DNA of 64,000 bases from Spirulina sp. (GTDB lineage: Bacteria; Cyanobacteriota; Cyanobacteriia; Phormidesmidales; Phormidesmidaceae), in the NCBI GenBank assembly GCA_044070495.1, contig JBIPSI010000009.1, forward strand, positions 1 to 64,000. Reading direction: 5' to 3'. The notes beneath the pieces were generated by a model, which was not told the DNA's origin, did no database searches, and saw only the letters and a program-made list of their open reading frames with translations. Below, in pieces: positions 18,170 to 29,013 of the stretch. Both the position numbers and the translations under genes were made by a program. Position 1 is the first letter of the stretch, and every line of letters starts with the position of its first letter.

Positions 18170-18994
18170 ATGACTACCCAAACCACCATTCCCGTTGTTG
18201 TCAACGGAGCCTGCGGCAAAATGGGCCGTGAGGTGATCAAAGCTGTTGCCCAGGCCGAAGGGATGACCCTGGTGGGGGCCATCGACAAAAAGCCCGATCT
18301 GCTGGGCCAAGATATTGGCGAGGTGATCGGCTTTCGGCCCCTAGAAGTGCCCATCATGAACGACCTGGAAGCCACCCTGGTGGCCGCCCAAAGCGAAGGG
18401 CAGGCGGTGATGGTAGATTTCACCCACCCTGATACCGTGTATGAATCGGTGCGCGCGGCCATTGCCTACGGGGTGCGGCCCGTGGTGGGCACCACCGGAC
18501 TTAGCCCAGCCCAAATCCGCGACCTCGCCGAGTTTGCCGACAAGGCCAGCACCGGATGTTTGATCATCCCCAACTTTTCCATTGGCGTAGTGCTGATGCA
18601 GCAGGCGGCTCAGCAGGCGGCGCAATACTTCGACCATGTGGAAATTATTGAACTCCACCACAACCAAAAGGCCGATGCCCCCAGCGGCACCGCCGTGCAA
18701 ACCGCCCAAATGCTGGCCGAGGCCCAAAAGTCCTTCAACGCGCCCCTCGTCAAAGAAACCGAAACCCTGCCTGGATCGAGGGGCGGATCCACCCCAGAGG
18801 GCATCCACATCCACAGTGTGCGCCTACCCGGACTGATTGCCCACCAGGAAATCCTGTTTGGGGCACCGGGGCAACTCTACACCCTCCGCCACGACACCAG
18901 CGACCGGGCCAGCTTTATGCCGGGGGTGCTGCTCTGCATTCGCCAGGTGATGGCCCTCAAATCCCTGATCTATGGCATGGACAAGATTCTCTAG
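18170..18994 (+). CDS. dapB: 4-hydroxy-tetrahydrodipicolinate reductase
   Basis: [28 protein letters not shown]. Confidence 0.96.
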   Translation: MTTQTTIPVVVNGACGKMGREVIKAVAQAEGMTLVGAIDKKPDLLGQDIGEVIGFRPLEVPIMNDLEATLVAAQSEGQAVMVDFTHPDTVYESVRAAIAYGVRPVVGTTGLSPAQIRDLAEFADKASTGCLIIPNFSIGVVLMQQAAQQAAQYFDHVEIIELHHNQKADAPSGTAVQTAQMLAEAQKSFNAPLVKETETLPGSRGGSTPEGIHIHSVRLPGLIAHQEILFGAPGQLYTLRHDTSDRASFMPGVLLCIRQVMALKSLIYGMDKIL

Positions 18995-19000
18995 GAAGAC

Positions 19001-19561
19001 TTACACGGCCACCCTCGGCGCACCGTAGAGTCCTAGGGCGACGGTGGGACTATCCCCTTTGGGGCAGATGCGGTGGGTGGTGTGGCGGGTGAAGGCCAGC
19101 ACATCACCGGGGTTGAGGATCAAATCCTGGTCAGGTTTAATCGGGCTGGGCATCTGGGGTAAAGGGTGCCAGAGTCCATGGTGATCTTGGCCGCTGACGA
19201 TGGCGAGGATGCCCCAGGTGTCGTAGGTGTGCGGTGGAAATGGATATCCCGGTAACCAAGCCGCCATGTGCAGCGTCAGGGGAAAGTCCGGTTCTTGGTA
19301 GAGGGTATGGGTAGCCCAGCCCTTCTCTGTGTCGGGCGTTTGGTAGGTGGTTTGCAGCCAATAGGAACTGGTCAGCAGCTTCCGCACCAAGGGCGTGATT
19401 GCCTCTAGGCGGCTGATGTCGTCGTGGAAGGTGGCGAGGATGTCTTCAATGTCGGTGAGAAAGCGATACAGACGGTAGTATTGCCCTGGTGCAGAGACAT
19501 TGGGATGGCCAAAGGTATGGTATTGACCATCATCGGTAACTAACCAGTTATGGTGACTCAT
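19001..19561 (-). CDS. Cupin/cysteine-dioxygenase-like protein
   Basis: YRLYRFLTD N-terminus; WLPG..PPH..TWG cupin motif (partly degenerate). Confidence 0.7.
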   Translation of the reverse strand: MSHHNWLVTDDGQYHTFGHPNVSAPGQYYRLYRFLTDIEDILATFHDDISRLEAITPLVRKLLTSSYWLQTTYQTPDTEKGWATHTLYQEPDFPLTLHMAAWLPGYPFPPHTYDTWGILAIVSGQDHHGLWHPLPQMPSPIKPDQDLILNPGDVLAFTRHTTHRICPKGDSPTVALGLYGAPRVAV

Positions 19562-19653
19562 AGGGGCGCAAAAAACAGGGTACCAACGGGAAGATCAACA
19601 TCGCCTTCCATGGGCAACGTTAACCCACTAATCCCTCAAAAATGGGGTGTTTA

Positions 19654-20007
19654 CTAGATAAAGCGGATAGTGAGAGGGTAGCGGTAGGCCATTCCCTCAT
19701 TAGATCGCACCGCCGCTAGAATCACCAACACCATCCAGACAAAGGACAGGATCACTATCATTAGAATGCCCACCAGCACTAAAATCATCAGCACCGAGGC
19801 CACCATGTAAATGGTCATGGACAAATTGAAATTCAGGGCTTCTTTGGCTTGGTCATCCACAAAGGGCATTTCATCACGCTTAACCAGCCAAATCAGTAAG
19901 GGGCCAAGAATACTACCAAAGGGAAAGACCAAGCCCAAAAACGCACTGACATGGGCCAAACTCGCCCACATTCGAGATTCGGGGGTTGAGGTAGGGGGAG
20001 AGGTCAT
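19654..20007 (-). CDS. DUF4870 membrane protein
   Basis: WASLAH..GPLLIW..FVDDQAKEALNF..YRYPLTIRFI. Confidence 0.88.
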   Translation of the reverse strand: MTSPPTSTPESRMWASLAHVSAFLGLVFPFGSILGPLLIWLVKRDEMPFVDDQAKEALNFNLSMTIYMVASVLMILVLVGILMIVILSFVWMVLVILAAVRSNEGMAYRYPLTIRFI

Positions 20008-20233
20008 GGGGCAAGGGCACCCGGTCGGCGAAGTCAGATCAACGACCTTAATGCCAAGCTAGCTCAAAAGCCCAAGTCATCGCCCCACATTGCTTACAAA
20101 ATGTAGTATTTTATCCCGTTTCTAGGCGATTCCAGCCCCAACAAAAATGGGTGGCACCTGTGTACCACCCAACGGTCGTTTACGGATTGTTTTGCCTACC
20201 GATCCTGCAATGGCTCAGCCTAGCATTACCCTA

Positions 20234-20363
20234 GGTTGATTGACGGACAAAACTTGCTAGAATCTAGACCTATCAAAGGGTCAGGAGACCTGACCCCTAC
20301 AGCGTTTGGATGATGTAGGAGCGAGGTTTCCTCGCCCAGTACAGAATCTTTTATCGGTCAACC
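20234..20363. mobile_element. 130-bp MITE-like element carrying a GTAG-REP doublet
   Basis: Ends GGTTGATTGA../..TCGGTCAACC; flanking 9-bp near-duplication ATTACCCTA (20225-33) / AGTACCCTA (20364-72). Confidence 0.6.
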
Positions 20364-20369
20364 AGTACC

Positions 20370-21161
20370 CTAGGTTTCGGAGGGGCTAGAGGGACTGTTG
20401 AAGGAAGGGGTAAGATAGGCCACGATGGCCCCCATCAAAAAGCCGATCACGTTGCGGGTGAGGGGTAGCCAATCGCTGGTGCGCGTCACCACGGGGCCAA
20501 TGCCAAAGGCGAGGAACAAAATGCCCCACAGTGGCGAAAAGATCAGCACCCACTGCCAAGCCAAAATTTGACCGGGTTTGCGAGGATGGGCGGCAAAGCC
20601 ACAGACCACGCCGCCCACAATGGAGGTCACTAGGGTCAACACCCATTGCTCCTGGGGCAGACCGGGCACCACATTACAGCCGCCCTGGCGCAGACAGGTT
20701 TCGATGGATTCTAGGGCACTCATGATCGAATTATCTTCGCCGTTTTCGCGCACAAAGAACTGGTTGCCGTAGCGGGTTTGTAGCTCAATCCAGAAGGTAC
20801 GGGGCAGCAGATCATACACCGCATCGCCCACGCTAAAGTTTAGCAAGTTGCCACCACGGGGATCCGCTACTAGCATGACGCTGCGGTCATCCAGGCCCCA
20901 AAAATCCTTCACCGCCCGACCAGGGGTGCGGTCATACTGGGTGAGCACCCGTAGCTTCCAGCCCGTTTCCGTCTCAAATTGAGTGATCCGAGAATTCAAG
21001 TCCTCCTCTTGGCGGGGGGTCAGCGACTTGGCGAGGTCAATAATGGCGGTATCTTCCTCAGGCAGTAGCTCTGGGTTGTCGTAGGCTTGGGCCGGGGCCA
21101 TGGGTAGCCATACGCAAAGGCTGACAACACAAACCAAAAGAACATTTAGAACTTGTCTCAT
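20370..21161 (-). CDS. TPM-domain thylakoid protein
   Basis: Signal peptide AQA; GWKLRVLTQYDRTPG, RTFWIELQTRYGNQF; C-terminal TM helices. Confidence 0.85.
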   Translation of the reverse strand: MRQVLNVLLVCVVSLCVWLPMAPAQAYDNPELLPEEDTAIIDLAKSLTPRQEEDLNSRITQFETETGWKLRVLTQYDRTPGRAVKDFWGLDDRSVMLVADPRGGNLLNFSVGDAVYDLLPRTFWIELQTRYGNQFFVRENGEDNSIMSALESIETCLRQGGCNVVPGLPQEQWVLTLVTSIVGGVVCGFAAHPRKPGQILAWQWVLIFSPLWGILFLAFGIGPVVTRTSDWLPLTRNVIGFLMGAIVAYLTPSFNSPSSPSET

Positions 21162-21318
21162 AGGGATTCACTCAGGAAGGCCGTAACGGAAAAACTACCA
21201 TCGAGTACCCTTGCCCCGCCTCGATGGCACACCGGGGGGTGGAACCGGATCACTCAACGCTTAGTGCTTTGTATCTTAATTTAGACTATAACTTTGTTTA
21301 CAGTTATTTACATCCCAC

Positions 21319-21840
21319 TCATTTTTCATCCGCCTTTTTCAACGGACTTTCTGTGGAAAGCCGATCCCCAGAAACCGACCGAGGCCGACTCCCCTGGGGG
21401 ACTGGGGGACGCACCTCCATCAGGGCAGAGCGTTGATGGCCGAATTTCTTAGGTTTCGGGCGGCGCTGGGACTGGGGAGTGGCCCACACTTGCCAAGCCG
21501 CCTGCACCCCAACCCACAAACTGCGGGAACCCCGGTGGAGCGATGTTACCTGCTGACGTGTGGAGGTTAAGCCCTCATCCACCTGCCCAATGATGCGTCC
21601 GGCACTTTGCACGCCGTGGTGCAGTTCGTCGGTGAGGTCTGCCACCTCGGCTCCGGTGCGGCGCAGGGCATCTAGGGTAGGGGGCAGTTCCCGGTCAAGG
21701 GTATCCAGCAGCTTTTCGGCCCGACTGGCGGCGCGGCTCAGTTCTCGAAGGGCAGGCACCGCAATCAGCAACACCGTGGTAAAACTCACGGCGACACAGA
21801 ACAGCGATAGCGCTAGCCAAAACAGCGGATCCGCTAACAA
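21319..21840 (-). CDS. Conserved membrane-anchored coiled-coil protein (DUF948-like)
   Basis: DPLFWLALS..PALRELSRAA..AEKLLDTLDRELPPTL. Confidence 0.7.
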   Translation of the reverse strand: MLADPLFWLALSLFCVAVSFTTVLLIAVPALRELSRAASRAEKLLDTLDRELPPTLDALRRTGAEVADLTDELHHGVQSAGRIIGQVDEGLTSTRQQVTSLHRGSRSLWVGVQAAWQVWATPQSQRRPKPKKFGHQRSALMEVRPPVPQGSRPRSVSGDRLSTESPLKKADEK

Positions 21841-22034
21841 GGTGAGGCTCCTGGGCGGTAGTCAGGGGTTAACAGTGGTCAGAGGTTAACAATGGAGTGG
21901 GCACCGCCCACCATCAGAATGCAAGGGATACCAGAACAATCATGTCAGACAATAGCTTAAGGCACAGACCACCTAGAAACTTCCCCATCTCATTGGCCTC
22001 TCGCCGTCTAGGGCTTTTCTGCATTGGCCTGAAG

Positions 22035-22385
22035 CTAGCTCTCGTCTGGATGCTGATCAGACTTCGGATCGGCGGCGACCTTCGCCGTTTGGGTGAGATG
22101 CTCATACTCCTGAAGGCTGGCTTCCTGCCCAGCCGCAATGGCGGCTTTCAAACGGGCAAGTGTGTGATCCCAATTGGCGAGGGCCGTTTCTGAGAGCCGA
22201 TCTGCCTGGAGATGCACCGAGGTAGACAGGTCTTCCACCAATTCCGGCAGGGCGTCGGCGGATTTTTTCAGAATTTTGCGGGTTTCGCGCCCGGTCCGAG
22301 GGGCTAGCAGTAGCCCAGTCACCGCACCGATAGCGGCTCCAATCACCAACCCACCCCAAAAACCGCCCGATTGTTTGTCAGCCAT
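22035..22385 (-). CDS. YtxH-domain protein
   Basis: FWGGLVIGAAIGAVTGLLLAPRTGRETR. Confidence 0.85.
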   Translation of the reverse strand: MADKQSGGFWGGLVIGAAIGAVTGLLLAPRTGRETRKILKKSADALPELVEDLSTSVHLQADRLSETALANWDHTLARLKAAIAAGQEASLQEYEHLTQTAKVAADPKSDQHPDES

Positions 22386-22542
22386 GGGCCTACCTCCACC
22401 CGACCATCGCCCCAACAATAGCGCAGGGGCGCTATCTTGCCTAGCTGTGCGTCCTTCACGCCTGGATGACGTTTGGCAACCCCATGAAGGCGCTGGCGAA
22501 CCATGCCATGGCGATTCATCAACTCTATGGCGATTCATTGGT

Positions 22543-22896
22543 TCAGGGCTTCTCAGGTTTGGGATAGGCGGTTCTATACCCCTGCCGTCGAAGTCGCTGG
22601 CGACCCTTGAACCCTAGCCCCACTATGAGCTTAAGCCCTTGCCGCAGGTAGGGTAAGTAGCCTAACCACCGTTGCAGGATGACGTACTGTTGGCGTAGGT
22701 GCAGAAGTTGCTGACGCGATACCTCTAGGTCGTTGGTGAGGGCTAGGCTGGCCTGTAGGTCTCTCTCCCAGGTGGTGAGCGATTCCGCCAGGGTGGCACA
22801 GACTTGCTTCAACCACCACAGCCGCCATGCCAGAAATAGCCCTCCCAGGGCTAACCCCAGGTTCACCACAACGACAATCACGACAAGACGGTTCAC
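22543..22896 (-). CDS. Hypothetical membrane protein
   Basis: N-terminal TM helix then a coiled coil; co-oriented with the ytxH cluster. Confidence 0.6.
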   Translation of the reverse strand: MNRLVVIVVVVNLGLALGGLFLAWRLWWLKQVCATLAESLTTWERDLQASLALTNDLEVSRQQLLHLRQQYVILQRWLGYLPYLRQGLKLIVGLGFKGRQRLRRQGYRTAYPKPEKP

Positions 22897-22974
22897 AACG
22901 ACGTTCTGACCTTAAGATGAATGGCTAGATCATAGCGGCGCACAGCGGTTTTGGCATCGCCAAGGGATACGGTC

Positions 22975-25143
22975 ATGGTGCAAACAACGGTGAAGACCCT
23001 AGAGGTGGATCCTTTGCGGGGAATTGACCAACCTTCGGGGCGACCCCACCTGCCCTACAAAACCCTGACGGCGGCCCTGGTGGCGGCCCAGGGTAATGCT
23101 CTGATTAAGCTGGCTCCTGGCACCTATAGCGTCGAATCTGGAGAACGCTTTCCGCTCCTGATTGGGGATCGGGTGGTGGTGGTGGGTCAGGAAATCACCC
23201 AGGGGGACGGCATTGTGATTGCCGGGGGCGGCGCAGTACCGGGAGATAGCGCGATTTCGGCGGCCCTGGTGCTGGAGGATCAGGCCCAGGTGCGGGGAGT
23301 CACCATCCAGAATCCCCAGGGGGTGGGGATTCTGGTGCGAAGTGGGGTGCCCCTGGTGCGGGCCTGTCGGCTAAACCAGTGCGGGCAGGCGGGGGTGCAG
23401 GTGATGGGCATGGCCAGTCCGCTGATCCTACAGGCCCGTAGCGACCAGATGACGGGGGTGGGCTTGCTGCTGCTGGAGCAGGCCAAGGGGGAAATTCGCG
23501 ACTGTACCCTGCAAGGTTGCAATGTGGGCATCCATATTTTGGGGGCCGCTGCGCCCCTGTTGACCGATAACCAGTGCCTCAACAACCAAACGGGGATGCG
23601 GGTGGCCGGAACCGCTAGCCCCGTGCTGCGGCAAAATCGCCTGGTGCAAAACCAGCAGTGGGGGCTGTTGGTGCAGGAACGGGGCCAGCCCGACCTCGGC
23701 CACCCCGCCGATGGTGCCAACAATATCCTGCGCTACAACCGCCAGGGCGATCTCCGCAACGACACCGGCCAGACCCTGGTGGCGGTAGGCAACGATCTCC
23801 TGCCCCAGTCCCTAGTTGGCCCGATTGCTTTGCTTCCTAGCCACCTGCCAGACCCCACAGCGGTGCCGCCGTTCCTGCTGGATCAGGCGGAATCTGGGAC
23901 TGCCGCCGCGCCCCCACCGCCCCCAGCCCCCCCGGCCCCGGCTCCAGTGGTTAGCCGCTTTACCGATCTCCAGGGCCATTGGGCGGCGGCTTATATTGAG
24001 GCCCTAGCGGATCGAAATTTGGCTAAGGGCTTTGCCGACGGCACCTATCGCCCCAACGACACCATTACCCGTGCCCAGTTTGCCGCCCTAGTGGCCAGTT
24101 GCTACGGCAGCCGTCCATTGATCCGCAGCAGCAGCACCTTTTTGGACGTGCCCAGCAGCTTTTGGGCCTATCGCGCCATTGATGTGGCCCAGCGCCGGGG
24201 CTTTGTCACGGGTTACCCCGATGGTACCTATCGCCCCAGCCAGCCCATGACCCGGGTGCAGGCCATGGTGGCGGTGGCCAATGGCTTAGGCTTGCCCGAT
24301 GCCCCCGCCAGTACCCTGGGCCGCTACGCCGACCGCGCTCAAATTCCCAGCTATGCCATGACGCCCCTCAGTGCCGCCACCCAGGCCGGACTGATTATCA
24401 ACTACCCCGACGCCGACCAACTGCGCCCCCAGGAACCCATGACCCGCGCCGAGGTATCGGTGCTGATTTACCAAGGTTTAGTCGCCCTAGGCCAAGCCCC
24501 ACGCCTCACCGGGGCCGATCCTAGTCCGCCGCCGCCGTCGGTAATGCAGGGGGCCTTTGCCGATACCCAGGGCCACTGGGCCCAGGATTTCATCCAGGGT
24601 TTGCTGAATCTAAACCTGTTGCGAGGCCAAAGCGATGGTCAGTTTTACCCCGACCAAGCCATGACCCGCGCCCAGTTTGCCGCCTTGGTCGCCACCGCCT
24701 TCAGCCCACCGCCCCGCCTCAATGCCCTATCGTTTTCCGATGTGCCCGCTAACCACTGGGCGGCCAGCGCCATTCAGATGGCCTGCCGGGGAGGCTTCCT
24801 GGCTGGATTTCCCGACGGCACCTTTGCCCCTAACCATGCGGTGCTGCGGTTGCAGGTGTGGCTGTCGCTGGTGAATGGGTTGGCCCTGATTAACGATCAC
24901 CCCGTCAAACTTTATGTGATGAATCGCTATCAAGATCGAGGCACGTTACCAGGCTATGCCCTAGAATCCGTGGCTTTAGCGACCCAACTCGGACTGGTGG
25001 TGAACTGGCCCGATCTAACTCAGATCAATCCACACCGGGCCGCCAGTCGGGCCGATATCGCCGCCGCCGTGTATCAAACCCTGGTTTACCAGCGGCGACT
25101 GCCCCCCGTCGAGAACCCCTACATCGTCCGCCTGGAGGACTAG
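22975..25143 (+). CDS. DUF1565 beta-helix + S-layer homology (SLH) domain protein
   Basis: PYKTLTAAL..LAPGTYS..GERFPL; parallel beta-helix; repeated FTDLQGHWA/GF.DGT.RP..TRAQ SLH motifs. Confidence 0.88.
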   Translation: MVQTTVKTLEVDPLRGIDQPSGRPHLPYKTLTAALVAAQGNALIKLAPGTYSVESGERFPLLIGDRVVVVGQEITQGDGIVIAGGGAVPGDSAISAALVLEDQAQVRGVTIQNPQGVGILVRSGVPLVRACRLNQCGQAGVQVMGMASPLILQARSDQMTGVGLLLLEQAKGEIRDCTLQGCNVGIHILGAAAPLLTDNQCLNNQTGMRVAGTASPVLRQNRLVQNQQWGLLVQERGQPDLGHPADGANNILRYNRQGDLRNDTGQTLVAVGNDLLPQSLVGPIALLPSHLPDPTAVPPFLLDQAESGTAAAPPPPPAPPAPAPVVSRFTDLQGHWAAAYIEALADRNLAKGFADGTYRPNDTITRAQFAALVASCYGSRPLIRSSSTFLDVPSSFWAYRAIDVAQRRGFVTGYPDGTYRPSQPMTRVQAMVAVANGLGLPDAPASTLGRYADRAQIPSYAMTPLSAATQAGLIINYPDADQLRPQEPMTRAEVSVLIYQGLVALGQAPRLTGADPSPPPPSVMQGAFADTQGHWAQDFIQGLLNLNLLRGQSDGQFYPDQAMTRAQFAALVATAFSPPPRLNALSFSDVPANHWAASAIQMACRGGFLAGFPDGTFAPNHAVLRLQVWLSLVNGLALINDHPVKLYVMNRYQDRGTLPGYALESVALATQLGLVVNWPDLTQINPHRAASRADIAAAVYQTLVYQRRLPPVENPYIVRLED

Positions 25144-25206
25144 GGGATGGGGAAGATCAATGGACAAACCTGGAATGCACCCCATCAAGATTTAGGATGG
25201 GCGTCC

Positions 25207-25590
25207 CTAGGGCTGCTTGGGAAATTTGGGCCGTTGGGCTAGGCGTTGGTGCAGTTCCTTCAGCAAGGCTTCCTGTTCGTGGTGCAGGGCGTCGAGGCGT
25301 TCTAGAATGGCGTCTAGTTGATCCTCTGAATCCACACCGGAGTGGCGGGTTTTCCAGGGGTGCAGGAGGGCTTGGGTCACGGTGGCAACGATCCTTCCTC
25401 CCAGGGCCACAGGGAACCGCACAATCTGAACCCCCAAGGCTTCCGTGAGGCGAGCCAAGGTGCTGCCAAGGCCCACGAGCACAATTAGCCCTACGGCCAC
25501 GGCCCCAAACAGCCAAAGGGGATGACCTAAGAACCAAGCTAGCAGCGGATGTTCGTTCAGCCAGGGCTGAAGGGGATTGGGTAGCGCCAC
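25207..25590 (-). CDS. Hypothetical membrane protein
   Basis: TM segment plus C-terminal coiled coil. Confidence 0.6.
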   Translation of the reverse strand: MALPNPLQPWLNEHPLLAWFLGHPLWLFGAVAVGLIVLVGLGSTLARLTEALGVQIVRFPVALGGRIVATVTQALLHPWKTRHSGVDSEDQLDAILERLDALHHEQEALLKELHQRLAQRPKFPKQP

Positions 25591-25616
25591 GGATCAATCA
25601 ACCGGATTAACCAACG

Positions 25617-25979
25617 CTAGCGGAGGAGCTGTCGCACGGTGCTCATCATATCTTCGGGGCGAAAGGGCTTGGTAATGTAGGCATCGGCCCCTTGTTTCAT
25701 GCCCCAGTAGCGGTCAAATTCTTCACCCTTGGAGGAACAAATAATCACCGGAATGGATTGGGTGGTGGCGCTATTTTTAATCCAGCGACAGAGTTCGTAG
25801 CCATTCATATTTGGCATCACAATATCGAGCACCACCAAATCGGGCGGAGAGGCCTGAATCATCGCCTGGGCTTCTACCCCGTCTTTAGCCTCCAGAACGG
25901 TCAAGCCAGACTTGAGTAAAAGTCCTGCGATCATCTCCCGAAGTGTTGAACTGTCATCTACAACTAAGACTGTGCTCAT
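25617..25979 (-). CDS. Single-domain CheY-like response regulator (PilH-like)
   Basis: VLVVDDS, LVVLDIVMP, DRYWGMKQGADAYITKPF. Confidence 0.9.
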   Translation of the reverse strand: MSTVLVVDDSSTLREMIAGLLLKSGLTVLEAKDGVEAQAMIQASPPDLVVLDIVMPNMNGYELCRWIKNSATTQSIPVIICSSKGEEFDRYWGMKQGADAYITKPFRPEDMMSTVRQLLR

Positions 25980-26303
25980 AATTTCCCCTGCCTCGATACC
26001 GGAGTAGCCTACTCCGTGCTCCGTTGCTACAACTGCTACTGCTACGACTGCTGCTGCTACGACTACCAACCTATGGTGACGTTTATCAGGATACCGGATA
26101 ACTGGTGTGCGGACTTTGTAGATAAGGGTACCCGTGGATTAGAGTACCCACAGCCCCCAGGTTATCCTGCATTTTTGGCCAGACCCACGGGGTCAGGCAC
26201 AGGGCTAGGGGGCCGAGATTGATATCCTAGACATAGCGGGCTTATCTCCATCGCCGTTGCTAGCCCACCCAAAGTCCAAGCTCTCCTAGTCACAGTTGCC
26301 TTG

Positions 26304-27275
26304 ATGGGTTCCTACTCCCTCGACCTCGCCAGCCCCCATCTCCACGATCAGCACCTCGACCTAACGGTGGATCAGGCCGATCCCCCGCGCCTAGATCGCT
26401 GGTTAACGGCGAACATCCAGACCCTATCCCGCAACCGGATCCAAAAGCTGATTGATTGGGAGTATGTCACCCTCAATGGTGAACTTTGCACGAATAAAAA
26501 AGCGGCGGTGCAGGTCGGAGATCGGATTCATTTAATTATTCCGGCCACGAAACCCTTGGCGCTCACCCCGGAGGACATTCCCCTCGACATTCTCTACGAG
26601 GATGATCACCTCATTATTATCAACAAACCGGCTGGACTGGTGGTGCATCCGGCTCCCGGCAACATGAGCGGTACCCTGGTGAATGCCGTCTTAGCCCACT
26701 GCGGGGATCAACTCTTGGGCATCGGCGGTGTACAGCGTCCCGGCATTGTGCATCGGCTCGATAAGGACACCACCGGGGCCATTGTGGTGGCCAAAACCGA
26801 CCTCGCCCACAGCCATCTCCAAGCCCAGATGAAGGCCAAAACCGCCCGCCGAGAATACCTGGGTGTGGTCTACGGGGCTCCCAAGACAGAAACGGGCACC
26901 ATTGATGCGCCCCTGGGGCGGCACCCCACCGACCGCAAACGCAATGCCGTGGTTCCCCTCGAAAAGGGCGGACGCCATGCCGTCACCCATTGGCAGGTGG
27001 AAGAACGCCTCGGCAATCTAACCCTGCTGCGCTTTCGTCTAGAAACAGGCCGCACCCACCAGATTCGCGTCCACAGTGCCCACATGGGCCATCCCATCGT
27101 GGGCGACCCTACCTACGGCCCTAGGCGCGATGTGGGGGTTAACCTGCCTGGCCAAGCCCTCCACGCCGAACGGTTGGAACTGATTCATCCCGCCACGGGA
27201 GAAACGATCATTGCCCACGCCCCCTTGCCGCCCCAGTTTGAGACCCTGCTAGCGGTGCTCCGTCGTCGGGTATAG
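26304..27275 (+). CDS. rluD: RluA/RluD-family pseudouridine synthase
   Basis: S4 domain, NKPAGLVVHP, HRLDKDTTG, TGRTHQIRVH. Confidence 0.9.
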   Translation: MGSYSLDLASPHLHDQHLDLTVDQADPPRLDRWLTANIQTLSRNRIQKLIDWEYVTLNGELCTNKKAAVQVGDRIHLIIPATKPLALTPEDIPLDILYEDDHLIIINKPAGLVVHPAPGNMSGTLVNAVLAHCGDQLLGIGGVQRPGIVHRLDKDTTGAIVVAKTDLAHSHLQAQMKAKTARREYLGVVYGAPKTETGTIDAPLGRHPTDRKRNAVVPLEKGGRHAVTHWQVEERLGNLTLLRFRLETGRTHQIRVHSAHMGHPIVGDPTYGPRRDVGVNLPGQALHAERLELIHPATGETIIAHAPLPPQFETLLAVLRRRV

Positions 27276-27357
27276 GAAGTTTGCCGTCCGTTGAATCACC
27301 TCCGCTGGATTCGCAATAATGAATCCGCAATGATGGATCACCAGCGAACCAGGACGG

Positions 27358-27819
27358 CTAGATCTGGGTGGTGAGGTGCTGCACCAACGCCCGCAAGCCC
27401 AGGCGATAGCTCTCGGCCCCAAAGCCGCAAATCTGGCCAATCGCCACGGGGGCAATGTAGGAATGGTGGCGAAATTCCTCCCGCCGATGGATGTTGCTGA
27501 GGTGAACCTCCACCGTGGGCAGACCCACCGCCGCGATGGCATCCCGCAGGGCGATGCTGGTGTGGGTGTAGGCTCCGGGGTTAATCAAAAGGCCGTCTTT
27601 TTGGCCAAAGGTGGCGTGAATACAATCCACCAAGGCCCCCTCACTATTGGACTGAAACGCCTCCACCGTCACCCCTAAAACCTCAGCTTCCACCGCCAAC
27701 ATGGCGTTGATGGTCGCTAGGGTTTGGGTGCCGTAAATGCCCGGTTCTCGTAAGCCCAACATATTTAAATTGGGGCCATGGATGACCTGAATGCGTCGCA
27801 ACCTCTGCACCTCCGTCAT
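27358..27819 (-). CDS. aroQ: Type II 3-dehydroquinate dehydratase
   Basis: [42 protein letters not shown]. Confidence 0.96.
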   Translation of the reverse strand: MTEVQRLRRIQVIHGPNLNMLGLREPGIYGTQTLATINAMLAVEAEVLGVTVEAFQSNSEGALVDCIHATFGQKDGLLINPGAYTHTSIALRDAIAAVGLPTVEVHLSNIHRREEFRHHSYIAPVAIGQICGFGAESYRLGLRALVQHLTTQI

Positions 27820-27862
27820 TTCACTTGATAAATATCATGTTCTGTCAATTCAATGGGCCGGT

Positions 27863-28795
27863 TCAATGGGGATTAATCCGTTTTTGCCCCCGCCGACTGC
27901 CAAACAGATGGGCATAGACGTAGGTCAGCTCACCCCCCAAAAAGAAAATCTGACTGGTGAGGTAAATCCACAGCATGAGCACCATAAAACTGCTCACCAC
28001 ACCGTAGGACTGAAAACGACTGCCTAGACTCACCACACTATTGGTAATGAGTTGCTGCAACAACAACCATAAAATGGCGGTAAACAACGCTCCTAGCCAG
28101 ACATCCCCCCAGGCGATGCGGGTACGCGGTAGAACTTTGTAGAGTACCCCTACCACCAAAATTAAAATGATAAAGGAAACGCCCAACTGAAGGGAGGGCA
28201 AGAGTTCTACCCAGTTAATCGTCTCAATGGACAGCAGAGTATTAAAGCGTGCTAGCAGGCGAAGTAGGGTATCAATGGCAATGTTTGTCAGCAGCGAAAC
28301 AAACACTAATCCGGCGGATCCAATAACCAGTAAAAAGGCTAAAAACCGCCGCCATAAAAAGGTAAGCGCCACCCCCGGCACCCACTTCACCGAGCGATGG
28401 TGTTGATCCACCCGCCAGATTTTGTCGAAGGAGCGGCTAAGGGCACCAAAAAAACCGCTAGCGGTGAATAGAAGGACGGCAAAACCAATCAAACTCGCCC
28501 GGGTGCTGCCCGTATGGAATTGCAGCAGGGTGGTTTGCACCATGGGGAAGGCATCGGGGGGCAGTGCTTCCTGGGCGAAATTGAGCACCGTATTAAAGGC
28601 GGCTGTGCTAGGGCCAATCAAAAAGCCCACCACGCTCAGTACCACCAAAATCATGGGGAAGAGAGAAAAAACGCCGTAGTACGACAGGGCAGCCCCCATC
28701 TCTAGGCAGTCATCCTGCTGCCATTTCAGAAAGGTGCGGCCAATCAGTTTTATCCAGGGCGACTGCCCGACTCGATACTTCACAAAATCGAGCAT
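27863..28795 (-). CDS. YihY/BrkB family membrane protein
   Basis: GAALSYYGVFSLFP..YG....LMLWIYLTSQIFFLGGE; start uncertain (ORF extends to 28873). Confidence 0.88.
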   Translation of the reverse strand: MLDFVKYRVGQSPWIKLIGRTFLKWQQDDCLEMGAALSYYGVFSLFPMILVVLSVVGFLIGPSTAAFNTVLNFAQEALPPDAFPMVQTTLLQFHTGSTRASLIGFAVLLFTASGFFGALSRSFDKIWRVDQHHRSVKWVPGVALTFLWRRFLAFLLVIGSAGLVFVSLLTNIAIDTLLRLLARFNTLLSIETINWVELLPSLQLGVSFIILILVVGVLYKVLPRTRIAWGDVWLGALFTAILWLLLQQLITNSVVSLGSRFQSYGVVSSFMVLMLWIYLTSQIFFLGGELTYVYAHLFGSRRGQKRINPH

Positions 28796-29013
28796 GGTGC
28801 TGCGGTGAATCCAATGCTGGGCCATGGCCCAAGCTCGCCGCCAATGCCCCAAGTATGTCAGTTGCCTCTTCATTCTACCGACTCGGTGATTTCGCTGGAG
28901 GTGCGCTGTCGGTAACTACATTGGCACAAAAGATCAGGAATGGCGCACTGAACGGGGCGAATTGTTGATCTTTGTAGCCCCTCCCAGTCGTTCGATGGGG
29001 CGATGGATGCCCT

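Noticed and set aside
26015..26070. (GCT/ACT)-rich stretch giving Cys-rich or Val/Ala-rich ORF starts
   Set aside because: Low-complexity microsatellite-like DNA, not a credible peptide gene
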